Assembly: GCA_964016885.1 (NCBI GenBank)
Contig: OZ024752.1
Location: 26,846,001-26,910,000, forward strand
From: Eledone cirrhosa
Lineage: Eukaryota
Length of the DNA: 64,000 bases
Direction of reading: 5' to 3'
Shown here: in pieces, positions 14,860-27,743 of the stretch
Numbering within the stretch: the stretch's first letter is position 1
Layout of the letters: each line of letters starts with the position of its first letter
The notes under the pieces: model-generated
The model's input: the letters and a program-made list of their open reading frames with translations, nothing else
What the model was told of the DNA's origin: nothing
Databases searched by the model: none
Made by a program: the position numbers and the translations under genes

Positions 14860-15616
14860 TATATATATATATATACATAAATATATATATACATATATAC
14901 ATACATACACATACACACACATATATATATATGGTGTGTGTGTGTGTGTGTATAACTAAGACCGTTATTCGTCTTCAGCTGAACATAAACAAATCTACCC
15001 AAATCCAAGTGTTATTATGAATTCAAATAAAAGTAGCCCATTAACCCACATATGACATCACACACCAAGTCCCGATCGCAAATGGAGAATAAATTAAGCT
15101 CGACCTTCTAAATCACATCCCAGCCTCGCCGGCAAACACCCAGCGACCTGCCACAATTACTGGTTTGTGGATGACATGCGTCATCAGGCTACAGCTGTCG
15201 AATTACGTAGTTTCTGGAAAACCATCTGCAGCGACAATGACCCTTGTAATTAACTGGCCACACAATCAGTGCAATCAGCCAAATATCCCTTGACTTTACA
15301 CCACACTAATGAACCTGATGAGACATGTAGAGATCCACCGAAATATACCATAATCTCTATCAACGGAATCTACAACGAGTAAACCTAAACTCTGAAGTCC
15401 CGAGTAACTTAATCTAAAACAGTACCCAACTTAATGAGCCCGAATGCCTTGTAATCAACCGTTAGTTTAATCCAAACCTTATCCCGCTTAACGAACCGAT
15501 TAAACCGAAGAAACGAACAGATTGAAGTTGCCAAATAAGTGACCACTGAAACCAGTTATGAAACCAAAATAGATTAAAACAACCATACATTACATACGTA
15601 CGTACATACGTATGTA

Positions 15617-16143
15617 TGTCAGGTCACTCTCGAGCGCTACTGGTAACATGTAACTCAGTACAACCTGTCTCATAGACGGGTCGTCGGCGACTAAACCAGC
15701 AACTCCACCGAACTTGCTTGGTGAGGAGGGTGATATTTGGACACCCTGCGGGATGAAATATATGACCCCGCAAAGAGCGGAGGAACTCAGCAGAGTCAAC
15801 GGCCATGGAAATAATACCTTTTTTTTAAACCGGGGAGTGAATTGCCCCCCAGTTGTTATCACAACACCTTTCTAGGAGTGGGAAACTCTGAAAAAAAAAA
15901 ACCCTGCGATTTCGGAAGCATCCGATGATGTTGACCAGTGCTCCTTTTCGGGTAGTGTTTTCGATCCTCAGAGTGGAATTGGTCGAGTGCAAGGCTTTTC
16001 CCCACTTGAAAAATATTCAAAGCACAGGCATTGCTCGTTCAGGATATGTAACATGTTTGTGTGACTGGCCGTAGCCTAAAAGTGCCCCAAACTATAATCC
16101 CCCAAGCAATTGCAGTACTCTTAGCAGAGTTTGTAGCCATCAT
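15617..16143 (+). mobile_element. Short non-autonomous RTE-related element
   Basis: Head gtcaggtc...gggtcgtcggcgactaaaccagcaac shared with the 30457-31330 units; tail gtttgtagccatcat shared with the RTE LINE; no ORF. Confidence 0.7.
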
Positions 16144-16176
16144 GTATGTATGTATGCGTGTGTGTATGTATATATA

Positions 16177-16340
16177 GTCCCTTAACTCCTGAGGGAGTGT
16201 TTTGGTGCCACACCGACATACGGCATTTCTATGGCATTTTAAAATCTGGCGGAGCCCATCTCCTCTCCAGGTCTGAATACAACAGATTTCTTCTAGAGAA
16301 GGAGGGAGAGTGAGAAAGGAAGTGAGAAAGATATATATAG
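16177..16340 (+). repeat. Unclassified dispersed repeat (also ~960-1110, 18320-18380, 21700-21850 (-), 51565-51720)
   Basis: Shared ctccaggtctgaatacaNcagatttcttc core. Confidence 0.7.
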
Positions 16341-16870
16341 AGGAAGAATCGATTAAACCGACAAACCCGCCAAACTTGCTTGGTTAAGTGCAACGCCTAG
16401 CTTCTCTTTTATCTTCTTGATACTGTTACCTGCTTCCCCCATTTTGCCAGTCTTTCCATCTCCCTTTCTTATTATTAATTGTCTCATTCACCCTGCTATT
16501 CCACCACTATGTCACTCTTCAGGGGCCTTGCAGCAGGAACGTCCACTGTACTTATATACTGCCAGCCTCAAACACGTCTTCTTTACAGTCATAGTAGCGC
16601 ATGCCTGATTTTGTTACCATCAGAGGCCTACCTCAGTGTTCATATCCTTCTCCACATTGCTTACTGTTGCCGTGTTCGCCTAACTGTTATTTTAAGTTAT
16701 GTTGCTTTGTATATACCTCCCCACTCTTTCTTTCTCTCTCGACTTCTGCTGAGAATATGCACGCACATATATCTTAAAACTTAAACAAGACTAAAAGATA
16801 TATTTGAAGGGACATCACTCCACTTTCAAGGGAAACTACTCTCGGTGTAATGGCCAAATATATGCAGTTT

Positions 16871-17048
16871 TAATAATTGTTTCTACTTTAGGCACAAGGC
16901 CAACAATTACCCAGTACATTACTGGTACTTTATTTTATCGACCCCGTAAGGATGAAAGACAAAGTTAACCTCGGCGGGATTTGAACTCAGACTGTAAAGG
17001 GACGTAACTATGTTAGAAAACATGGCGTCCAACCCTCTACCGATACTG
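16871..17048 (-). mobile_element. SINE A
   Basis: Matches family A. Confidence 0.88.
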
Positions 17049-17299
17049 ATTCGGCTAGCAAGATTTTGAAAAGTTACATTCAATGTGGTTATTCAAATAG
17101 TCCATTGATTTAGTGATAAATAGTCCATTATTTTAAACATGGAATTAAGGATAATACTGATGGTAAATAGTGAGATTCATTTGTGTGATAAGACAGTAAG
17201 CATGCACATACACGTACACCAGGTCCGAACACAGAGGAGCTGATATCCCAGTCATCGCCTCCATCTCTCTCGCTCTCCCCATCTCTCACTATTATTAGC

Positions 17300-17500
17300 A
17301 AATGGGGTCCCACGCGCTTGCCGCCCCATGGTGGACAAAATGGAGAAGGCGTTTCTCCAGAGGATGGTAAGGGATATGCGCTGGAAGAGCCATTCCATCT
17401 CGCCAGCTCAGCGCCTATGGTGGTAAGTAGGGAGATGGCCCTAAGGCCAAGGACACCAGAAGTCTCCACTGCTAGGGGCTAGACTGCAATCCTGTCGGAG
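17300..17500 (-). mobile_element. CRE-clade non-LTR retrotransposon C-terminal fragment
   Basis: PLAVETSGVLG...WLFQRISLTILWRNA matches the ETxGxxG...FQRIS...GNA signature. Confidence 0.65.
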
Positions 17501-18009
17501 ATAGACCGATACTTAAGACATCAATATCTTTAAAAATAGTCACTGCTACACACATTATAATGATGTCTACATAAACCACAAGACCCACAATTTGTAGGGA
17601 AGGAGAAAGTCGATTAAATCGACCCTAGTGTGTTACTGCTATTTTATTCCATCGACCCGAGAAGGATGAAAGGGAAATATAACCTAAGTGGGTATTGAAC
17701 TCAGAACGTAAAGAACCGTAACTATATGCCGCAAAACATTTTGTTCGACGGTCTACCGATACTGCCTATCCACCGCCCTCTAATTTAGAGCGAATTTGGT
17801 GATTAAATAGACCCCTGTACTTGACTGCTACTTATTTAATCGATCGAAGAAAAACAAAAGGCGAAGTCGACATCAGTGGCATTTGAAATCAATATATAAA
17901 TGATATGATAAATACCTCTAAAATGGAATGGAATACAATGAACCTCCTTCAGTCGCGACGATGAGTGTTCCAGTTGTTTAATCAAAGGAACAGCCTGTCA
18001 TGAAATTAA

Positions 18010-18194
18010 TAATTGTTTCTACTTTAGGCACAAGGCCAGCAATTACTCAGTGCAATACTGGTACTTTATTTTATCGACCCCGTAAGGATGAAAGGCAAAG
18101 TTAACCTCGGCGGGATTTGAACTCAAACCATAAAGGGCCGTAACTCTTTGCTGCAAAGCATGGCGTCCGACCCTCTACCGATACTGCCAATCCA
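18010..18194 (-). mobile_element. SINE A
   Basis: TSD ctgtcatgaaattaataat. Confidence 0.9.
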
Positions 18195-19369
18195 CTGTCA
18201 TGAAATTAATAATAATAGCCCATAGCAGAACAAGCAAATAGTAACCCATCGTCTTAGTACTACAGGTAACAAGCACTAGCTGACTGGTTGATATGTTTGG
18301 TTTCCTTGTTCTGTGATCATCTATATGCCACCATTTGCAGAGACCCTCCCTCTCCAGGTCTGAATATAGCAGATTTCTTCTTGGCCTGGTGAGCCACCAG
18401 GCCTGAAACAGACTTTAGACTTTAGTTGTGTGAAGTGGGAATAATATAAGTAAACACTCGAATCCAAGAAAAATAATGATAATTTGCATTGGCGAAAATC
18501 AAATAAATAATGTTTTAAATTTTTATCAAGAAAAGTGAATTACAATGTTTCAGTAAGACTGCAAATAGTTTTCTTTACAGCTTTTCAATAATTTTTTGTC
18601 TTATTTCTTCTGAGATATATGGCCCTCCCCAAAACATTGCCATTCTCTTCCTTTTATCACACACAAATTTATTACAATTTCAAAAGTGTATAAAATATAA
18701 ATATTCTTTAAGTCTTTTCAATTATCTTTTTAGAAAACATTTATATATTTTCACTAGTTGTTTGATATAGAACAAGCTGATGCAAAATATTCCATATATG
18801 AGAAAATATACTTCTCTTTTAAAAACCTTTCTTTTCTCAGATCATCACAGTCGTTATGATCCAAAATAAAGTGGATCTCTTTTGATACTGTTCCAAAATA
18901 CAAGACTATTATTTTAGTATATTTACCTCTCTTACTGCAGGGGCTTATCTTATTTACTTGAACAATACTTGTCAGGTTTAAGTTCAAGCCAGTGAAGAGA
19001 TAGCTTAACTGAAGAACAGTAACATTCAAGAAAGTAGATTAAGTGTATATGGATATTCTAAAGCATCAAGTCTATATTTTAACGAAACACAACATATGGT
19101 TATTTCTCAATTAGAAATAAGGGTTTCATTCCTTGTCCCAAAGTCACCCATTGAAATAAAAACACAAACAGCGGACCTTAAAAATTGAATCTGAAATTTA
19201 TCGTTGAAATATTTGGTACTTACACATGCAAACACAGACTCACATAACACTCAGACATACTGACACCCACAAGCAAGCAAGCAATTACATGCTCAGTCAT
19301 ATATATATATGTGTGTGTATGTATGTATATATGTGTATGTGTATATATCTATATGTATGTGTGTATGTA

Positions 19370-19408
<39 letters not shown>

Positions 19409-20001
19409 AGAGATAGAGAGAGAGGGAGAGAGAGATTGATAGATAGATATATACATATGTATATCAATGACCGCCCATTAGAAACTAATTTGTTTAAGGC
19501 AAAAAGCTTATCATGGTTAAGAATATGATGTTAAACCACATGAGATGTAAAGATGCTAATATGGCTAGAGAAAAGTATTATAGTTGACATATAAGTAAGC
19601 TAATTTATGTACATGTGTTTAAACTAATCTGTATAAGAACATTATGTAAATTAGCTTAGACATGTCTTTTCTATGTTGATACCAACAGCTTTCTTCTTGG
19701 TATAAAGTCACAGATGTTTAAATTGATAGCATGCCAGCTTATTAATTGAAATACTGAGGAGTGTTTACCAAAGCTATGAATAAGCTTTGTGAAGTGTTGG
19801 AAATCATAGTTTAAGGATTTGTTACTTTGGTTACCAAGTTCCAATCCCTGCATACCCTACATAAAAATGGTGTTCAGAGTTGCTTCCTAAAGTTTCTATG
19901 TTCTGTCAATCTCTCATTTTCTCTCCCAATCTCTCTTTCTCTCTCTCGTCCATTCTATCTCTCAACCTCAATCTCTCATTCTACCTTTCAATCTCTCTTC
20001 C

Positions 20002-20048
<47 letters not shown>

Positions 20049-20226
20049 AATATATCTCAATCTCTCTCTTTCTTCACTAATACTCACACTCTTTCTCTCT
20101 CTTTCTTCACTAACACACTCTCTCTTAATTCCCACACATACTTTCTCTCTTACACACACCCATACACATATTACTAAATATTTACCAAAAATCCTTCCCA
20201 GCTCACATTATTCAATACCCAGTTCA

Positions 20227-20345
20227 TTCTGAGTTCAAATCCCGCCGAGGTTAACTTTGCCTTTCATCCTTACGGGGTCGATAAAATAAAGTACCAGTAA
20301 TGCACTAGGTAATTGCTGGCCTTGTGCCAAAAGTAGAAACAATTA
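20227..20345 (+). mobile_element. SINE A, 5'-truncated
   Basis: TSD ttattcaatacccagt. Confidence 0.88.
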
Positions 20346-20882
20346 TTCAATACCCAGTCAATTAATGACCCTTATTATAAAAAAAAAAAAAAAAATGCCA
20401 TTATTAAAGTAATGACACCAAAATGGGATTGTATATACAAGTAAATCTAGGAAACGTATAGTAAGGAAAGCCATTCCATTGTGATCTAACCATTTTCACA
20501 TTCACGTAACTTAGTATCATCCATACACACATCTTAAATTTTGAAAATGAAACAGCTAATGTCCCTATCTAAATGCCAACAAATATGTATTTATACATTT
20601 GCCTGAATACTCATATACTCATACATATATATACACACATGTATATAAGTACAAAATATATATGTAGTCATACATACATCAACATACAACGACACACGCG
20701 CACAATGAAAAAGCTATCTTAATGCTCAGTGATAAATGTGATGATGTGTAAATATCAAATTGTTATTGTTACTATCACCACCATCATCATTAGTGTAATT
20801 ATTATTATTATTTTTATTATTATTATTGTCTTTATTTTAAATATTTTTATTCATTCATGCTCTTTTCATCTTTTACTTCTTG

Positions 20883-21115
20883 TTATAAAAGGTCATTTGT
20901 TCTAGCTGGGTCTTCTTGCCTGAGAGCATGTCCTGCAATAGTAGGGAAGTGAGATTCTGGTGGCACAATGCTTGGTTGGGCTGTGATATCTGTGAACCGT
21001 TTGTAGTTGATTGCTTGTAGTTGACGCCGTCGCATGAGGCAGACTATGAAGACAGCAACAAAGACGAAACAACAGACTCCAAGAATTACAGCAACAACCA
21101 GACCAGCTCCTAATT
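20883..21115 (-). CDS. Distal terminal coding exon, TM plus longer tail: (K)LGAGLVVAVILGVCCFVFVAVFIVCLMRRRQLQAINYKRFTDITAQPSIVPPESHFPTIAGHALRQEDPARTNDLL*
   Basis: Acceptor ctttatcttccttacag|, phase 1. TM helix, RRR, YKRF, C-terminal LL, TAA. Followed by about 2 kb of mostly non-TE, 3'UTR-like sequence. Confidence 0.9.
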
Positions 21116-22440
21116 CTGTAAGGAAGATAAAGGGTTTGGTGTTTAGAGAGAAACTGTGATATTAATAACAAACAAGACAGAGAGTGGTTAATATAAGAAA
21201 AAGGAATAAGAAGAACATGGAGAATGGAATTTAAACTTACAACTCAAATGATCATAACTAAAAGATAGAACCTGATTATGGAGCAAACTTCTTAACCATT
21301 ATGCATCCATAATCTAAGCATTACCTTTGTATATTGCATACCAAAAATAGTACCTACTATATACTGCATTCTAGAGTATTCTCAGAATAATGTCACTACT
21401 GGTCACTACATGTTTATTGGGCACAGTAATTTCAATAAAAAGAACAATACTGGGTATTGCACATTTAATATTAGAAAACATTAGTTTCCTTGTGCACTGG
21501 AAGCTCGCAATAACAATTCTTTCAATATTGATGTGAGTCAAAAGAATATTGGATAGAATGCTTTCCTCTATTCGTTTGGACTCTCTGACTCTCCGAATTC
21601 AAATCGCATCAAGGTCAACTTTACCTTTCGTCATTTCGAGGTCGATAAAAAGAGTACTAGTCTAGTACTTGGATTGATTCTTCCGTTCTATCTCTTTTTC
21701 ACTTCCTCTCACTTTCTATCCTTTTCTTGAAGAAATCTGCTGTATTCAGACCTGTAGAGGATTGGTCGCTGCCATGATTATAAATGGCAAAGAAATGCTG
21801 TATGTTAATATGGCACCCCTATGGCTCCATCAGGAGTTACAGAACCATGCATACATACAATACTGACTCGAGACCAACACGTTTTGGGGGAATGGGAAAG
21901 TCAATTATATTGTTCCCCAGTATTTACAAATACTTCAAGTTATTGCCCCCAGAAGGATGAAAAGTGATGATAACCTCGGACAGATTTGAATGCAGAATGT
22001 GAAGTCCTGCAGCAGCATTTAGTTATATGAAATTAAGAAAAAAATATTTTCTTTTTAGTATATTATGTTTTAATTTAGGCACAGGGCCAGGAGATTTGGT
22101 GGAAAAGCAAAGTTGATGAAGTCAACCCCAGTACTTGACTGATTCTTTATTTTATTGACCCAGCGAAGTGAAATCTGTGAGATATCAGACATGAATTTTT
22201 CTTTTAACCAAAGGCTCTTCTTGAGTAGATCCACATATATCATTTGATAATATGATATAGTTTTTATAGAAAATGTTTGAACTCAGAACGTAAGGTGCTG
22301 AGCAGTTTTCTCTTTAGTGTATCAAACAGAAATATATGTAACCTGGAAATAAAAATTTTACTTTATTCTTTATCAATTTTTTCTTTGACAGATAAAGATA
22401 AGATAAAAATAAAGGACCAAATCATGAAAGAAATTACAGT

Positions 22441-22660
22441 AATAATAGTTTCTGATTTAGGCACAAGGCAAACAATTTTGAGGGAGGGGAAAATCAATTA
22501 AATCACCTCCAGTGTATTACTGGTACTTTATTTTATTGACCTCGTAAAGATAAAAGGCAAAGCTAGCCTCGGTGGGATTTGAAATCAGAATGCAAAGGGG
22601 CATGACTGTATACTGCAAAGCATGTTGTCTGGCATTCTACCGATACTGCCAATCCACCAC
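22441..22660 (-). mobile_element. SINE A-related older subfamily; similar copies at ~1233-1440, 17580-17780, 21540-21670, 53270-53480, 63340-63740
   Basis: Diverged match with a longer 3' segment. Confidence 0.75.
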
Positions 22661-22832
22661 CCAGAAATGACAACAATAACAAAAGAAAACCATTTAAATT
22701 GACTGAATTAAAGAGAAGTGGTTGGTAAAGGGGAGAGGAAATAAAACCTATAATTTCATCAGCAATGAAGCTATAGAGGAAGTATTCCGAGGGAGTATTG
22801 AGAAATTGATATCAAGTGTTAACCAATGTTGT

Positions 22833-22975
22833 TTATTTCCAGACTTTCTTGAATCTTTGGTAGATCCTAGCTTGCATGTAGCGTCTACGCAGGAAACAAA
22901 GACCAGTGATGAGCACCAGAAGGAATGAGGTTACTCCAGCGATGATGGCGTGTTCCACTGATGGAGATGGTTCGA
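22833..22975 (-). CDS. Proximal terminal coding exon, TM plus short tail: (I)EPSPSVEHAIIAGVTSFLLVLITGLCFLRRRYMQARIYQRFKKVWK*
   Basis: Strong acceptor ctcttctgtgtcttctccttccag|, phase 1. About 20 hydrophobic residues, then RRR and YQRF; TAA overlaps an AATAAA. Confidence 0.85.
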
Positions 22976-24149
22976 CTGGAAGGAGAAGACACAGAAGAGT
23001 GATTGCTAGACTTCACCTTTGTTTTTTCTCCTACTCTATTACTTGGTGCTCATGTGCAGGTCATTGTGTTCTTTAGCGTTTCTATTCTATTTCGTGAGGA
23101 TAAGCATATAGTGCATATGTCTCTGGGATGGATAGTTATAGTTGTTGCTGCAGTTGCTTTTTCTACTGTAGGTTAAATTATATCAGCTTAGCTTGAATTA
23201 TCCATCAAAAGGGAATGGGCCTCCATAGGTTTCGTTGATGAATATTCCCGCTGTTCGATCAATGGAACATTCTCCTCATGAAATTGACGTTTACGTAGCT
23301 AAGTATCCCATAGACACTTGTACCCTTAGTGTAAATTTCAGGGAGATTCAATGTGACATATTGCGTGACAGTGCTGCCAAATAGTTTCTGTCTACCCTAG
23401 TTCACTCACAAGCCATAGTTCAATTCAACGGGACCTAATGATTTTGAAGTAAACTTCTTAACTATTTGGCCTTTCTGAGTCTGCATTATCCATTATTTAT
23501 AGGGTGTAATTACTTAACATGATATATTCAACTGATTGAATCATTTCAGATATAATCTAGAGTAGTGGTTTCTTAAGCAGGTGAAAGGATTATTGTAAGG
23601 AGACATGGCAGAGTTGTCACATGCTTGGTGTGTTAGCCTTTTGAAATATCTAGTGTTATTATGTTCTAAAATGATGTGCTATCACTTACATGGATAGATA
23701 ATGGGGTCACCAAGTATGTAAACTAAAATTATAGCCACCACTTGCAAATGGGTATGACCTGGTATCCAACTAGTATATATGGCAGGTGGGTATGGCTGGT
23801 GTGCATAGCTGTTATTGATACTAGGTGCCCACTCCTCAGTGACTCCACACTACCAAACACTCCTACAATTCTCTACCTTATTACCTCTAACCGTTGTAGA
23901 TTTTTAAGCTTGCTATAAACTATAAGCATGACATAAGTTATCTCCCCTATCCACTCAACTTAAAAAATGGTTTCCCTCCCTTTTTCATTCTTACATATAA
24001 GTGTGACGGACAGACAGAGAAACAACACTTCTTTTATAATGATGATTTAATATTTACAGTAGATGTTGATTTGTGGAGTAATTGGGAATGACAGCTGATG
24101 ATCATTGTATATAGCAATTCTCTATGCAGCAAGAGTTTGTGGCATTTTT

Positions 24150-24412
24150 ATATAGTAGTTATACATAAAAGGAGAGTAAGATTTGCTGGCCACTGCCATC
24201 ATGCCACCTATGAGGCTGTGTCCCCATTAGTGCTTTGGAAACCACAAACAGTCACTAATAGCAGAGGGTGCAAGCTCTCCTATCCCAATACCATCTTCAG
24301 ATATTTTGGTATTGAAATCCAGGATTTGACAATGGCAATGAATGACGGACCCACATGGAGATCAATTGTTGAGATGATTTCAGCTGAGGCTGCCGGATGA
24401 TGATGATGTTGA
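24150..24412 (+). mobile_element. RTE/RTEX-like LINE 3' end with (GAT)n tail
   Basis: RRVRFAGHC...LVLWKP...AMNDGPTWRSIV. Confidence 0.7.
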
Positions 24413-24534
24413 TATAGAAGTTGAGTATAAGGTTTTTTTACAGAAGGTAGGGATGGCAGTTATTTGTGATAAATATGAATGAGGTCGTGTAGGTGTCACA
24501 ACAAAAAATACACACAGTCCATATGGCCATGTAG

Positions 24535-24745
24535 GTAACACGGTAAAAACCTCCCAGTCCACACTGTAAACGTGGTTGGTGTTAGGAAGGGCATCCAGCC
24601 GTCGAAAACCTGCCAGACAGTCCTATACGAGCGAGACATGGTCTCCCAACCAATCTTGCCTCAAGTGGGACAATTCCCGTCTAAACCTATGCTAGCGTGG
24701 AAGATAGACGTTAAATGATGATGATGATGGTGATGATGATGATCT
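24535..24745 (+). mobile_element. Retroposon 3' end with (GAT)n tail; related copies at 26190-26370 (-) and 29725-29790 (-)
   Basis: Shared ggtgttaggaagggcatccagccgt...gacgttaaatgatgatg. Confidence 0.7.
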
Positions 24746-25828
24746 AGAATATACAGGAATATTCATTATCACTGGTGTATATGACAAGAGTGTAAATTTG
24801 AATGATGTGGGTGGTGAAAAGTAAGGCATAAAAGGTAAGTTGTTATGGTATTTGTGCATAGACGATATATATAATATAATTGTGTACAACATATATATAA
24901 TGTGTACAATATATATAATATAATTGTGTACAACATGTGTATATAGATGTGTCTGGAAATTATTTTTTCAGAAAGAAGGATCAGAATTTATTCAAAAACA
25001 GTTTCTTCTCAATAAAGTAACCACACTATCTTGGAATGATCTATCTTGTGCAAGATATTTCATTCACAAGCATAATAAATTTGCAGCGAGGATACACTTG
25101 AAGTTAAACTAATGATATAAAATAACAGGAAACCCTATGTTGTCACTCAGACTATTAGAAATAACAACCAAACTCCTTCAAATATATTACAATGTCATAA
25201 AAAAAGGGGGGGGGGCACTATAGACATTGTTATATGGAAAATGGAGATGGTCAGTGCTTGAGTACCTTTGATCAGAAACCTACTTGATCTGCGCTTGACC
25301 TGCAGCTTCAACAAAACACCCAACAGAAAACAAAGCACACACTAGTGAACACTGAAGAGTTCAGAAAACAAAAAAGCAATTATATTCTTGGAAATGCCAG
25401 TATATCCAACCAGAATGCCAAGGCTATTGTTTTCAGAAAGTACTTCTTGGCAGAAGTATCAGTCCTAGTAGATGGCAGTAAATCACTAGAACAAACTGAG
25501 AAACTGTTTAAATATAAAAACATCTTGAAATAGAAATAACTGGTTATTAAAAGCAGAAACAATCTATAGAATAACAGATGTTTTGAGAATGATTAATGAT
25601 GATACAGAAATATAGATGCAAAAATTCACAGAACTTTTAAATAGGAATAACATAACACTACTAGACACTCATAAAATATAATGTTGAGTATTGTCAATAC
25701 ACTAGAATGTAAAAAGTTGTTCCCCCAAAAGACTGTGTTGCATTCGGTTGTGTACTGAAAGAATGCAATTAAAATGAGACTACTGAAAAATAACAAAGAT
25801 TACATCACCAACAAAGTGGTGTACTTAC

Positions 25829-25962
25829 TTTCGTCACACATCATTTTCTCTCGAAATAGTGCTAGTGATAAATCCCACATCTTCACCATGACATGAGAAG
25901 CCTCTTTGGAACAGAATCGTTGAATGCCATGTGACAAACAGCTGCGGTAGTCTTTAAGAATT
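25829..25962 (-). CDS. Internal exon of the same gene: (R)ILKDYRSCLSHGIQRFCSKEASHVMVKMWDLSLALFREKMMCDE
   Basis: cttcttgtttatttcag| acceptor and A|gtaagt donor; 134 nt, open, phase 2 in and phase 1 out. Matches the phases of both neighbours. Confidence 0.9.
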
Positions 25963-26368
25963 CTGAAATAAACAAGAAGGCCTGTGCGTGAATTTTGACT
26001 GAAATTATAGGCTTTAAAACAGCATATAGAAAATACTGTGATTCTAAATCACTGCAGCTTTACTTTTTCTTTTTCAGTTGCTAAGTCAGATCAAGAAGTA
26101 CAGCGCTTACTACGTTTTTGACTGCATCTAATAGTGAGTGGGGTTTAAAGGCTCAAGTTATCTTAAAACCACATACACACACATATATATCATCATCATC
26201 ATCGTTTAACGTCCATCTTCCATGCTTGCATGGGTTTGAACCGGAGTTTTTCCACTTGAGGCAAGAGTGGTTATCTTGCTCGCATGGGACTGTCTGGCAG
26301 GTTTTCTACGGCTGGATGCCCTTCCTAACACCAACCATGGTTACAGTGTGGACTGGGAGGTTTTTACC

Positions 26369-26416
<48 letters not shown>

Positions 26417-26585
26417 ATGTGTATGTGTATGTATGTATATGCATATATACATATATATATGTGTATGTATGTATATGCATATATACATATATATATGTGT
26501 GTGTGTATATACATATATATACATATATATATATATATACATATATACATATATACATATATATATACATACACATATATATACA

Positions 26586-26619
<34 letters not shown>

Positions 26620-26622
<3 letters not shown>

Positions 26623-27320
26623 GAAAGGATTACAAAGGAGAATATTTACTGTTAGAACATGTTTATATAAAAGTACTTACGTAAGTTTCGCCCGAAAAGG
26701 GCTTCTCAAGGGCATAGAAAACTAAAGAGTGTTCAGTACAGGACCCAGAAGGGGTTTTAAAGTGATAAATGCATCAAAGTTCATTCTTAGTTCAAACATA
26801 CACGTTGTTATTGTCACAGAGCAAGGGGAGTAACTCTGGCCGGTGTTTGAATAATTGTCCCCAAAGGGGATGGTGGTTTTCCATTACTAATTTGTGGGTG
26901 CTGCTTTACCATTGTCAATTCAGGCAGTGTCTGAGATGCATAGTTAGTGCATTATTTGCGCAGCCTACCCACCGGAGTGTTATGGTTTGGTGCAGGGCGA
27001 CCCAGTTTATGGTTTTCAGGTTTCAGTCGAATTCCACCCAAAGAAGGACTGCTGTATTCTGTGTCTGCAGTTTATCACCGATTCTGCTCTGCTGTTGATG
27101 AGATCGAGGGGTGCTCTTATGATATGGTAAAGTTCCATGAGGCAGAGCTCGCATTTCCTCTTGAAGTTGTACGGTGCTGCCCTGCTGACAATTTCCCAGT
27201 GTGTGGAGAAGCTGATGTTGGAGTCTTTTAATGTTGTGATGTAATTGGCGAGTGACATGGAGTGTCTTCAAGAGTGGAGATATGTTCGAAATCTAGTTTT
27301 GAATGGGCCAGAAGTGGCCC
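26620..27320 (-). mobile_element. 5'-truncated Penelope (GIY-YIG C-terminus + 3'UTR)
   Basis: SLANYITTLKD...WEIVSRAAPY...CELCLMELYHI...NSRAESVINCRHR; flanked by TA-rich repeats. Confidence 0.85.
26672..26714 (-). ncRNA. Hammerhead-like motif (U3:A8 variant) in Penelope 3'UTR; related copy at 3652-3688 (-)
   Basis: TTGAGAA-gccc ttttc gggc-GAAA-cttacgtaag-TA. Stem I does not pair well. Confidence 0.45.
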
Positions 27321-27560
27321 CTATATATATATATATTCATATATATATATACATATATATATACATATATACACATATACATATATACACATATATATAT
27401 ACATATATATATACATATACATATGTATATACATATACATTTATATAGAAGGATTTAAATGGATACAGTTCAGTTAAAAGGAATTTATTGACACGTGTTT
27501 CAATAACAGTTACATAACCTGAAAACAGCTACTATCTACAAAGTATTAATTATGCAGACA

Positions 27561-27743
27561 GTGGATTGGCAGTATCGGTAGAGGGTCGGACGCCATGCTT
27601 TCCAGCATAGTTACGTCCCTTTACGCTCTGAGTTCAAATCCCGCCGAGGTTGACTTTGCCTTTCATCCTTACGGGGTCGATAAAATAAAGTACCAGTAAT
27701 GTACTGGGTAATTGCTGGCCTTGTGCCTAAAGTAGAAACAATT
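27561..27743 (+). mobile_element. SINE A inserted into Penelope arm
   Basis: TSD attaattatgcagaca; the empty site is seen in the inverted arm at ~29430. Confidence 0.92.

Noticed and set aside
15313-15350. CTGATGA...GAAA hammerhead candidate (also ~49250-49312 on -)
   Set aside because: Stems I and II do not pair convincingly.
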